Of a stretch of 64,000 nucleotides of DNA, positions 35,870 to 44,199 are shown piece by piece. The notes beneath the pieces are model-generated. The model ran no database searches, had not been told where the DNA came from, and saw nothing but the letters and a program-made list of their open reading frames with translations. Every line of letters starts with the position of its first letter. Position 1 is the stretch's first letter. The position numbers were made by a program, and so were the translations under genes. Source of the stretch: Vulcanimicrobiota bacterium (GTDB lineage: Bacteria; Vulcanimicrobiota; Xenobia; Xenobiales; JADMJV01); the NCBI GenBank assembly GCA_050250895.1, contig JBFWNU010000005.1:160001-224000 (forward strand), in the 5' to 3' direction.

Positions 35870-37681
35870 TCACGTCGGCGAGACGGTGACCAGCTGAGCG
35901 TCGGCCTCGACCTGATCGCCGGGTTGGTAGTGGACGGCCTCGACCGTGCCAGCGCACTCCGAGCAAACCGTGTGCTCCATCTTCATGGCTTCGAGTTTGA
36001 CCAGGGCCTGATTCTTTTCGACCGCATCGCCCACGGCCACCAGCACCTCGACGATGGACCCCGGCATGGGAGCCCGCAGCGAGCCGTGGGATTCGCGGCT
36101 GGCGGCCGGTTCGGGCAGGCGGTCGAGGGCCTTGAGGTGGAAGGTACCGTGGGGGCTGTGGCACCACCAGTCGCGCTGGTTGAAGACGGCGGTGAAGGGG
36201 AAGCGCCAGCCGTCGACCACCGCCGCGCCTGTCTCGAGGTGGACGTGGTGGTCGGTCAGGCAGACCGGCTGGTGGCCCTCGAAGGCAAGCTCGAGGCGAC
36301 GAAAAGGCAGATTCGACCAGCCGCTGGCCCCGGCTCGCACGGCCGTGGCCGCCAGCACCACCGCCTTCGAGGGGATGGGCTTTTGATAGGTGAGCTGCTC
36401 GAGCAGGCGGGTGTGCATTCGGCCCTCTTCCACGGCCGGGTTCTGCAGCAGCATCTGCAAGTAGTCGAGGTTGTGGGTCAGGCCGAGCAGCACGGTTTGA
36501 CGCAGGGCCCGTGATAGCGAACGCAGGGCGGTGCCGCGATCGGGGCCCCAGGCGACGAGCTTGGCCAACATGGGATCGTAGTGGGTGGTGACGGCGCCGC
36601 CCGGCTCGAGGGCCGTATCGACCCGGACCGGACCGGGCCGCCAGGCCAGTACCGGACCGGAAGTGGGCAAAAAGTTGTTGGCCGGGTCTTCGGAGTAGAG
36701 GCGAGCCTCGACGGCGTGGCCCTTGAAGGCTATCTGGGTGGACGGCAGGGGGCGGCCCTCGGCGATAGCCAGCTGCCACTCGACGAGATCGAGGCCCGTC
36801 ACCGACTCGGTGACCGGATGCTCGACCTGCAATCGAGTGTTCATCTCGAGAAAATAGAACTCGTCGCCGCAAACCAGAAACTCGACCGTGCCAAGGTTGG
36901 TGTAGCCGATGGCCTCGGCCAGCTTGAGGGCGGCCGCCGTCAGGCCGTCCAGCAGAGTCTGGGAGGCGTTGGGCGGGGGCGTCTCTTCGATGACTTTCTG
37001 GTGGCGCCGCTGCAGCGAACATTCGCGCACCCCCAGGTGGAGGCGGTTGCCGTGGGTGTCGCAAGCCAACTGCACCTCGAGGTGGCGGGCCTCGATCAGA
37101 GCTTTTTCTAGATAGACAGCCGGGTCGCCGAAAGCCTTCTCGGCCTCGCGGCGGGCCGAGGGCAGGGCGGCTTTGAGGGCGGCCTCGTCTTCGACCCAGC
37201 GCATGCCCTTGCCACCGCCGCCAGCCGAGGCTTTGAGCATGAGCGGAAAGCCGATACCCGTGGCGGCCGCCAGCAACTCTTCGTCGCTGCCGGCCGGACC
37301 GCCGGGCACCACCGGTACGCCGGCCTCTTGGCAGCGCCGGCGAGCCTCGACCTTGGAGGCCATGGCTTCGATGGCTTCGGCGCTGGGGCCGACGAAGGTC
37401 AGGCCCTGCTCGGCGCAGGCCCGAGCCAGGGCGGGGTTCTCGGCTAGAAAACCGTAGCCGGGGTGGATGGCGTCGGCCCCGCTGCGGCGGGCCGCGGCCA
37501 CCACCGCCTCGATGTCGAGATAGCTACCCAGGCGGATAGCCTGGTCGGCCCGGCGCACATGCAGGCCGTCGGCGTCCGGGTCGCAAAAGACGGCGACCGT
37601 CTCGATTCCCAGGCGATGACAGGTGTCGAAGATGCGGCAGGCGATCTCGCCCCGGTTGGCTACCAGTAGTCGCCGGATCAT
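35870..37681 (-). CDS. Acyl-CoA carboxylase alpha subunit (biotin carboxylase plus biotin carrier; MCC/geranyl-CoA type)
   Basis: LVANRGEIA, HPGYGFLAEN, GGGGKGMR, EMNTRLQVEH and EAMKME. Confidence 0.93.
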   Translation of the reverse strand: MIRRLLVANRGEIACRIFDTCHRLGIETVAVFCDPDADGLHVRRADQAIRLGSYLDIEAVVAAARRSGADAIHPGYGFLAENPALARACAEQGLTFVGPSAEAIEAMASKVEARRRCQEAGVPVVPGGPAGSDEELLAAATGIGFPLMLKASAGGGGKGMRWVEDEAALKAALPSARREAEKAFGDPAVYLEKALIEARHLEVQLACDTHGNRLHLGVRECSLQRRHQKVIEETPPPNASQTLLDGLTAAALKLAEAIGYTNLGTVEFLVCGDEFYFLEMNTRLQVEHPVTESVTGLDLVEWQLAIAEGRPLPSTQIAFKGHAVEARLYSEDPANNFLPTSGPVLAWRPGPVRVDTALEPGGAVTTHYDPMLAKLVAWGPDRGTALRSLSRALRQTVLLGLTHNLDYLQMLLQNPAVEEGRMHTRLLEQLTYQKPIPSKAVVLAATAVRAGASGWSNLPFRRLELAFEGHQPVCLTDHHVHLETGAAVVDGWRFPFTAVFNQRDWWCHSPHGTFHLKALDRLPEPAASRESHGSLRAPMPGSIVEVLVAVGDAVEKNQALVKLEAMKMEHTVCSECAGTVEAVHYQPGDQVEADAQLVTVSPT

Positions 37682-38829
37682 TGGGGCGAAAGCCCTTCCA
37701 TTTTGGCGATGATCTCGAGCATCACCTCGTCGGCTCCGGCCCCGATCGAGAGCAGGCGGGCATCCCGGAAGTAACGGGCCATGGGGTATTCTTCGGCATA
37801 GCCCATGCCGCCGTGAAACTGCACGCAGGTGTCGGCTACCTGGCGCACCAGGCGCCCGGCCTTGAGCTTGGCCATCGAGATTTCGCGCGTGATGTCTTCA
37901 CCGGCTACGAACCGGTCGGTGCAAGAGAAGTTGAACTCGCGCAGGATCTCGAGTTCGGTCAACAGCTCGCACAGCTTGAAATAGACCCACTGGTTGTGCA
38001 GCAGCGGCTTGCCGAAGACCTTGCGGTCGCGACAGTAGTCGATGGTGCGACGCACAGCGGTCAGGGCTCCCGAGGTACCTAGCACGGCTCCGACCAGCCG
38101 CTCCTTCTGAAACTGCTTCATCTGGTATTGAAAGCCGCGGCCCTCCTGGCCCACGCAGTACCAGCGCGGCACCCGCACGTTGTCATAGGTCAGCAACCCC
38201 GTGTCCGAGCTGTGGTTGCCCATCTTCTCGAGCTTTTTCGAGACGGCAAAGCCGGGCGCGTCGGTGGGCACTACCACCAACGACATGCCGCGATAGCCGC
38301 CGTCGTCTGAAGTGCGGCACAAGGTGACCACGAAGTCGGCCTGCGTGCCGTTGGTGATCCACATCTTGGCTCCGTTGATGATATAGTCGTCGCCGTCGAC
38401 CACCGCTCTCGTCACCAGCGAGGCCACGTCCGAGCCGCAATCGGGCTCGCTGACTCCCAGGGCGGCCACCATGGTGCCTTCGACGGCCGGCTTGAGAAAG
38501 CGGTCCTTGAGCTCGTGCGAGCCGAACTCGGCTAGCCCCGAGACGCCGATGTCGGTCTGCACCAGGATGGCCATGGGCACGCCCATGCATTCGGACCGGC
38601 CCAGCTCGTCGGCCAGGATCACGTGATACCAGTAGTCACCGCCGGCCCCGCTATATTCGGGAGCATAAGAGGCCCCCAGCATGCCCAGCCGGCCCATTTT
38701 GGCGAACAGCTCGTGAGCCGGAAAGATACGGGCTTGTTCCCACTCTTCCACGTGGGGCTTGATCTCGGCCTCGACGAATTTGCGCACGCTCTGGCGATAA
38801 AGCTCGTGCTCGGGGGTCAGTTGACGCAT
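37678..38829 (-). CDS. Acyl-CoA dehydrogenase (AtuD/long-chain-like)
   Basis: GVSEP..GSDV, KMWITNG, QFQ.ER, HGGMGY and IGAGADEVM. Confidence 0.92.
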   Translation of the reverse strand: MRQLTPEHELYRQSVRKFVEAEIKPHVEEWEQARIFPAHELFAKMGRLGMLGASYAPEYSGAGGDYWYHVILADELGRSECMGVPMAILVQTDIGVSGLAEFGSHELKDRFLKPAVEGTMVAALGVSEPDCGSDVASLVTRAVVDGDDYIINGAKMWITNGTQADFVVTLCRTSDDGGYRGMSLVVVPTDAPGFAVSKKLEKMGNHSSDTGLLTYDNVRVPRWYCVGQEGRGFQYQMKQFQKERLVGAVLGTSGALTAVRRTIDYCRDRKVFGKPLLHNQWVYFKLCELLTELEILREFNFSCTDRFVAGEDITREISMAKLKAGRLVRQVADTCVQFHGGMGYAEEYPMARYFRDARLLSIGAGADEVMLEIIAKMEGLSPQ

Positions 38830-38836
38830 CTGCTCC

Positions 38837-40447
38837 TCACATTCTAAAGACCCCATAGCGCGGGGCGCCGGGGTTGACGAAGTCGACGTTGTGGGCTACC
38901 GAAAGGGCTACCGAGAGCGCCTGGCGAGTGTTACGCGGATCGAGGATCCCGTCATCCCACAGGCGGGCGGTGGCATAGTAGGGCGAGGATTCTTGCTCGA
39001 ACTTGGCCAGCGTGCCGGCCCGCATGGCCCCGATTTTCACCTGGTCGGGCTCTAGGCCTCGGGCGATGGCTTGCTGCTCGGCCACCAGGGCCAACACGCC
39101 GGCGGCCTGCTCGCCCCCCATGACCGCGATGCGCGAGTTGGGCCAGCTAAACAGAAAGCGAGGGTCGTAGGCGCGTCCGCACATGCCGTAGTTGCCGGCC
39201 CCGTACGAGCCGCCCACGATGACGGTGACCTGAGGCACGGTCGAGGTGGCCACGGCGTTGATCATTTTGGAGCCGTGCTTCACGATGCCCTCGCGTTCGG
39301 CTTTGGTGCCGACCATAAAGCCGGTGATGTTCTGCAGATAGATCAGCGGCGTGCGCGACTGGTTGCAGAGCTGGATGAACTGGGTGGCTTTGAGGGCCGA
39401 CTCGGAGAAGAGCACCCCGTTGTTGCCCAGAATACCGACCGGATAGCCGTCGAGGTGGGCGTGGCCACAGACCAGGGTGGTGCCGTATTCGGGCTTGAAC
39501 TCGAAAAAGCGCGAGCCGTCGACCAGCCGGGCGATGACCTCGCGCATGTCGAAAGGGTGGCGGGGGTCGGCCGGGATGATGCCCAGCAACTCGTCGGGAT
39601 CATACGCCGGTGGGGTGGGGGAGAGGCGGCGATGGGCCAGGGCTTTGGTGCGATTGAGGTTGGCCACGATTTCACGGCCCAGGCGCAGGGCATGAACATC
39701 GTCTTCGGCGGTATAGTCGCTCACTCCCGAGACGCGGGCATGCATGCTGGCTCCGCCCAGGGTCTCGTCGTCGACCTCTTCGCCGGTAGCCATCTTGACC
39801 AGGGGCGGGCCGCCTAAAAAGACCTTGGCCTGGTTGCGCACCAGCACGGCGTAGTCGGACATGCCGGGGATGTAGGCTCCGCCGGCGGTGGACGAGCCGA
39901 AGACCAGGGCGATCTGGGGGATGCCGGCGGCCGACAGACGGGCTTGATTGGCAAAGACTCGACCCCCTCCGTCAGCGAACAGTTCGGCCTGGTGGATGAG
40001 GTTGGCCCCGGCCGACTCGACCAGGGTCACGCAGGGCAGGTGGTTTTCGGCGGCGATGGTCTGGGCGCGCAGCATCTTGCGCAGGGTCATGGGATAGATG
40101 GCCCCGCCTTTGATGGTGGCGTCCGAGGCCGAGATCAGGCACTCGGTGCCGCTGACCACGCCGATGCCCGTGATCTGGGACGCTCCCGGGCTTTCGTTGT
40201 CGTACATGTCGAAGGCTGCCAGGGTCGATAACTCCAGAAAAGGCGTGCCCGGGTCGAGCAGCCCGTCGACCCGCTCCCGGGGCAGCAGCTTGCCGCGGGA
40301 GCGATGGCGCTGCTGGGCTTTGGCGCCGCCGCCAGCGATGACCGTGGCCTGGCGCCGGGCCAACTCGTCGACCAGGGCCTGCATGGCTTCGCGATTGGCG
40401 CGATAGTCGTCCGAGCGCGTCGACAGGCGCGACTCAATGCGGGGCAC
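38837..40447 (-). CDS. Acyl-CoA carboxylase beta (carboxyltransferase) subunit, MccB/AtuC-like
   Basis: RGKLLPRER, TAGGAY, GSYGAGNYGMCGRAY and ARLWDDG. Confidence 0.93.
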   Translation of the reverse strand: MPRIESRLSTRSDDYRANREAMQALVDELARRQATVIAGGGAKAQQRHRSRGKLLPRERVDGLLDPGTPFLELSTLAAFDMYDNESPGASQITGIGVVSGTECLISASDATIKGGAIYPMTLRKMLRAQTIAAENHLPCVTLVESAGANLIHQAELFADGGGRVFANQARLSAAGIPQIALVFGSSTAGGAYIPGMSDYAVLVRNQAKVFLGGPPLVKMATGEEVDDETLGGASMHARVSGVSDYTAEDDVHALRLGREIVANLNRTKALAHRRLSPTPPAYDPDELLGIIPADPRHPFDMREVIARLVDGSRFFEFKPEYGTTLVCGHAHLDGYPVGILGNNGVLFSESALKATQFIQLCNQSRTPLIYLQNITGFMVGTKAEREGIVKHGSKMINAVATSTVPQVTVIVGGSYGAGNYGMCGRAYDPRFLFSWPNSRIAVMGGEQAAGVLALVAEQQAIARGLEPDQVKIGAMRAGTLAKFEQESSPYYATARLWDDGILDPRNTRQALSVALSVAHNVDFVNPGAPRYGVFRM

Positions 40448-41297
40448 GAGTCATCTCCAGGCGCTGGCGAGTGTCGGCCGGACTGGCCACGCTGCCGCCC
40501 AATTCATGGACGAGGCGCACGGCTTTTTCGACCAACTCGGCGTTGGAATTGGCCATGTGGCCCTCGTTGAGATAGAAGTTGTCTTCCAGGCCCACCCGCA
40601 CGTTGCCGCCGATGGTGATGGCGGCAGCCACCAGCGGCCACTGGCAGCGGCCGATGCCGATCACCTGCCAGTTGGCCCCGGCGGGCAGGCTTTCGACCAT
40701 GTGCAGCAGGTTCTTGGTCGAGGCGGGAATGCCGCCCAGCACGCCCATCACCAGACTAAAGCACAGCGGCGCTTGGAGCAGGCCCATGTCGATGAGGGGT
40801 TGGGCGTTGTGGATGTGGCCGCAATCAAAGCACTCCATCTCGGGGCAGGTCTTGACCTCTTGCATGGCCTCGAGATAGAAGGCGATGTCGCCGAAGGGGT
40901 TTTCGAAGACGTGGTCGTGGTAGAACTTCTTCTTTTTGCTCGAGTAGATGGCATAGTTCATAGAGCCCATGTTGAGGGCGGCCATCTCGGGAGCCAGCGC
41001 TTTGACGGGCGCGATGCGGGTGTCGCGGTCGATGCCGACGGCCCCGGTCGAGAAGTTGAGGATGGCCTCGGGACAGGCCTTGCGAACGGCCCGATCGATG
41101 GCTTGATAGGTGTCCACGTCAAAGGCCGGACGCCCGTCGGGTTGGCGGGCGTGGATGTGCACGATGCTGGCTCCGGCTTCGACGCTACGCCGGGCTTCTT
41201 CGGCGATCTCGTCGGGGGTGTAGGGAATAGCCGGGCACTGGTCGCGGGTGGCCAGAACCCCGGTCAGGGCGGCGGTGATGACGACGGGTTTTTCCAC
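40434..41297 (-). CDS. Beta-keto acid cleavage enzyme (BKACE/Kce, DUF849)
   Basis: IT.ALTG, P.TP.EIA, H.H.R, LNMGS.N and RVGLEDN. Confidence 0.92.
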   Translation of the reverse strand: MEKPVVITAALTGVLATRDQCPAIPYTPDEIAEEARRSVEAGASIVHIHARQPDGRPAFDVDTYQAIDRAVRKACPEAILNFSTGAVGIDRDTRIAPVKALAPEMAALNMGSMNYAIYSSKKKKFYHDHVFENPFGDIAFYLEAMQEVKTCPEMECFDCGHIHNAQPLIDMGLLQAPLCFSLVMGVLGGIPASTKNLLHMVESLPAGANWQVIGIGRCQWPLVAAAITIGGNVRVGLEDNFYLNEGHMANSNAELVEKAVRLVHELGGSVASPADTRQRLEMTRAPH

Positions 41298-41347
41298 CCC
41301 GGGCGTTTGGTCGCCGGCCGGAAATTACCTGCCTTGCTGCGACCACC

Positions 41348-41779
41348 TCAGCGCAGAGGGTCGAGAAAACGCAGTTCGGGCTCGAAGCGGCGAAAGTCGT
41401 GGTCTCGGGAGCACAATGTCGCATCGTATTCGATGGCGAGGGCCGCAAGGTGAGCGTCGGTGGTCAGGTTGGCGGCCGTTCCCGATTGCCTGAGGAGGCT
41501 CTGAAGAATCGACCAATGGCGCGCTCCAGGATGGATCTCCACAACCACCGGGAGGCTTAGCCAGCTACTGACCGTGTCGATGGCCTGCTCGGGCGTAAGA
41601 GGCTGCGAGAAGATGGCTGGTCGGGTGGTGATTCGCAGGAAGCCCAGCACCACCACCCAGGCCAGACCGACGGTCTCTTCTCGCGAGAGGGTTTGCTCCC
41701 ACCACTCGCGGGCCTCTTCGTGACCTGGAGCATCGCGATTTGTGGCATACAAGAGCAGGTTGAGGTCGACCAGTTTCAC
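41348..41779 (-). CDS. vapC: VapC PIN-domain toxin
   Basis: LVDLNLL.YA, DAHLAALA and S.D.DF.RF. Confidence 0.9.
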   Translation of the reverse strand: MKLVDLNLLLYATNRDAPGHEEAREWWEQTLSREETVGLAWVVVLGFLRITTRPAIFSQPLTPEQAIDTVSSWLSLPVVVEIHPGARHWSILQSLLRQSGTAANLTTDAHLAALAIEYDATLCSRDHDFRRFEPELRFLDPLR

Positions 41780-42039
41780 TTGCGCATCTCGAGTTTGCTC
41801 ACGATCGCCTCATCCTCGAGTTCGGAGGCCACCTCGAGGGATTTGATCAGATCGATGGACGGTCGGCCCATCGAGAACGTCGGGGCGCTATAGCAAACCT
41901 TCGCTTCAGACGGGTGAACCCGCTCAAGGCCGAGCTTGAGCACGCGGTTCACGGTTTCGGTCAAGCTTGAACCGCTTCGCTCGGCTTCGCGCCGCAGGGC
42001 TCGCAGCACGTCATCATCAAGGTTGACGGTCGTCCGCAT
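41776..42039 (-). CDS. vapB: VapB antitoxin (RHH type)
   Basis: MRTTVNLDDDVL; GTGA overlap with vapC. Confidence 0.85.
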   Translation of the reverse strand: MRTTVNLDDDVLRALRREAERSGSSLTETVNRVLKLGLERVHPSEAKVCYSAPTFSMGRPSIDLIKSLEVASELEDEAIVSKLEMRK

Positions 42040-42045
42040 AGACTC

Positions 42046-42080
42046 ATCGTAGCATCGCAGTAAGATGATGTCAAAGCATC
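42046..42080 (-). promoter_or_regulatory. Leaderless sigma70 promoter with operator palindrome
   Basis: TTGACA-N17-TACGAT-N6-ATG; GATG-N6-CATC overlaps the -35. Confidence 0.75.
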
Positions 42081-42180
42081 ACCGACTGGATTTACCCGTT
42101 TTCTCTCTTGATGGCGGTCATACCGCCGCCCCTCCCGGACGAACTAGGATAACCTCGAAATCCAATCTTGGGAGGCTTAC

Positions 42181-44166
42181 GTGTTTTCTTCTTATGGCAG
42201 ACTAGCTCTGCTCTCTTTTCTGACGCTGGCCGTCATGGTTGCCTGTGACTCAGGCGGCGGCGAGAATTCCTTTATCGCACCTGGTGGCATACCGGTGACC
42301 ACCGGCAACATCATCGTCAATCATGTCTTGTTGGCCGGCACTCCGGTGGCCCCGGCCATCGACCAATTTCGCTTTACCGGCAAGGATGTCAACGGCACCG
42401 TCACCTACGGGCCGAAGACCTTTCCAAAGATGGCCGTGACTCCCCTGACCGGAGTTCCGACCGAGACGACTGCGTTGCTAATCGAGTACCTGGTCGGCGG
42501 CGCCGTGGCCGGGACTTTCCAGGTAGCGGTGGTGGTCCAGCCTGGGCAGGACACTATCATCGACGGTAGCTACCTCTCCAACGGAACGCCCATTCCGTTC
42601 CAACTCGAGTTCGTGAAACCACCAACCAACGTCATCGCCACCGGCACCTTCACCGTGGTGGTCAGGGTCCTCGACCAGTTCGGCAACCCCTTCACCACCT
42701 TCAATGGCAACCTCAACGCAGCCCTGGCCACAAATGGCGCCGGCGCCACACTGGCCGGAACCACCAGCGTGCCCCTCACCAACGGCGTAGCTCAGTTCGA
42801 CGGCCTATCCGTCTCGATGCTGGCCACCGGTGTGGTGCTGCAGGTGGCCGATGCCGGCGGCACTCTGCCGACACTCAACTCAGCTCCTTTTGCCGTGGTC
42901 ACCAGCCTGGGGCAGTTCAACACCTTCTTCTTTCAGGGCATCCCCGCCCAGGACGGTGAGCGCGAGGCTTTTCCCGGCTCGGCCAACATGTGGGACCTTT
43001 ACGATTTCCTGGCTATCAGTGACGGCTTTGGCGACAACCTGGACGGCGCCGTTCGCCTCTATCTAGGAGGGTCAGAGGTCAATGTGGGCACGCTCAACTA
43101 CAATGATCTGACTTTCTTCGGCCCCATCTTCTCCCTGGCCGACGGTCTGCTGGTGGCGGCCGTGGCCGATGCCAACTATGACACCCCGATTGCGGGCACC
43201 TACTCGGGCTTTCTGGCCGCGCCCCACAACGGGGCCATCTGTCAGGACCTCAACCTGACCGGCGCAGTAGGAACCGTGACCTTGAACTTCAGCTACGAGG
43301 TGCCCGGTCCGGGCAATAACTTCAACAACCAACCTCAGCTGTTCTACGTAGTGGTGACCGACCTCAACGACAACCTGCTCGACACCGTTTTCACGCTCAA
43401 CACGGGTGGCTCGGGCAACGTCAACTTCTCTCTGGCGCCCTACGCCGGTCAGACCGTTCGGCTGTGCTTTGGCACCACCGACTACTTCCCGTTTGGCCGC
43501 TCTTCGGCCAAGATCGACAGCGTGAGCGTCATGGACGCGAACTCGACCGAGTTCGTCCAAAACGGCGACTTCGAAACCGGTGACCTCAGCAACTGGCAGG
43601 TGCGAGCCATCGACGCGCCTCAGGGGGTGCAGGCTCCTGCCACGACGGCTGCGGGTCTGACCGTCATGCGCACCTTCTACACCCCGCCGGGCGCCATGTG
43701 GGGGCGCCACGTCGATACCATCGTCAACAACACAGCCGCTCCGATCACGGTCGAAGTGTCCTACCTCACCAACCTGGGCTCGGATGGTTACGGCATCACA
43801 ACCCCAGTTCCCGGAGTCGAAAGCTTGGCTCTGTCGACCTGGGATGGCCAAACCACCGACCGCGACCTGGGCTGGGTGCACGGTGGGTTCGTGACCCGCA
43901 CAGCCAACCCGGCCAGTTCTATCGGAGCAGGCGACGGCACCAATGACTTGATCGTCAGCCACGGCATGGTGACCTTCCAACCAGGCGAACGCAAGACCTA
44001 TGTCAACTTCACCCTGATGAACGGAATCCAGACCCGGCAGACGGCCGCTTCGACGGCCGACCGGGCCACCGACATCGACGCGATGTGTGTTCAGATAGCC
44101 AACAACCCCCAGCTGTTCTTCGACGGCATGGCCACCGACCAGCTCAGCTCGCTGGCCAACTTCTAG
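42181..44166 (+). CDS. Large beta-rich surface lipoprotein (Ig-like/carbohydrate-binding-like domains)
   Basis: GGAGG RBS; lipobox MVAC; Thr/Gly/Asn-rich; DQFGN and NGDFETGDL motifs. Confidence 0.8.
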   Translation: MFSSYGRLALLSFLTLAVMVACDSGGGENSFIAPGGIPVTTGNIIVNHVLLAGTPVAPAIDQFRFTGKDVNGTVTYGPKTFPKMAVTPLTGVPTETTALLIEYLVGGAVAGTFQVAVVVQPGQDTIIDGSYLSNGTPIPFQLEFVKPPTNVIATGTFTVVVRVLDQFGNPFTTFNGNLNAALATNGAGATLAGTTSVPLTNGVAQFDGLSVSMLATGVVLQVADAGGTLPTLNSAPFAVVTSLGQFNTFFFQGIPAQDGEREAFPGSANMWDLYDFLAISDGFGDNLDGAVRLYLGGSEVNVGTLNYNDLTFFGPIFSLADGLLVAAVADANYDTPIAGTYSGFLAAPHNGAICQDLNLTGAVGTVTLNFSYEVPGPGNNFNNQPQLFYVVVTDLNDNLLDTVFTLNTGGSGNVNFSLAPYAGQTVRLCFGTTDYFPFGRSSAKIDSVSVMDANSTEFVQNGDFETGDLSNWQVRAIDAPQGVQAPATTAAGLTVMRTFYTPPGAMWGRHVDTIVNNTAAPITVEVSYLTNLGSDGYGITTPVPGVESLALSTWDGQTTDRDLGWVHGGFVTRTANPASSIGAGDGTNDLIVSHGMVTFQPGERKTYVNFTLMNGIQTRQTAASTADRATDIDAMCVQIANNPQLFFDGMATDQLSSLANF

Positions 44167-44199
44167 AGGCCCCCGGCCGGGCGAGGCGAAAGCAGCCAG

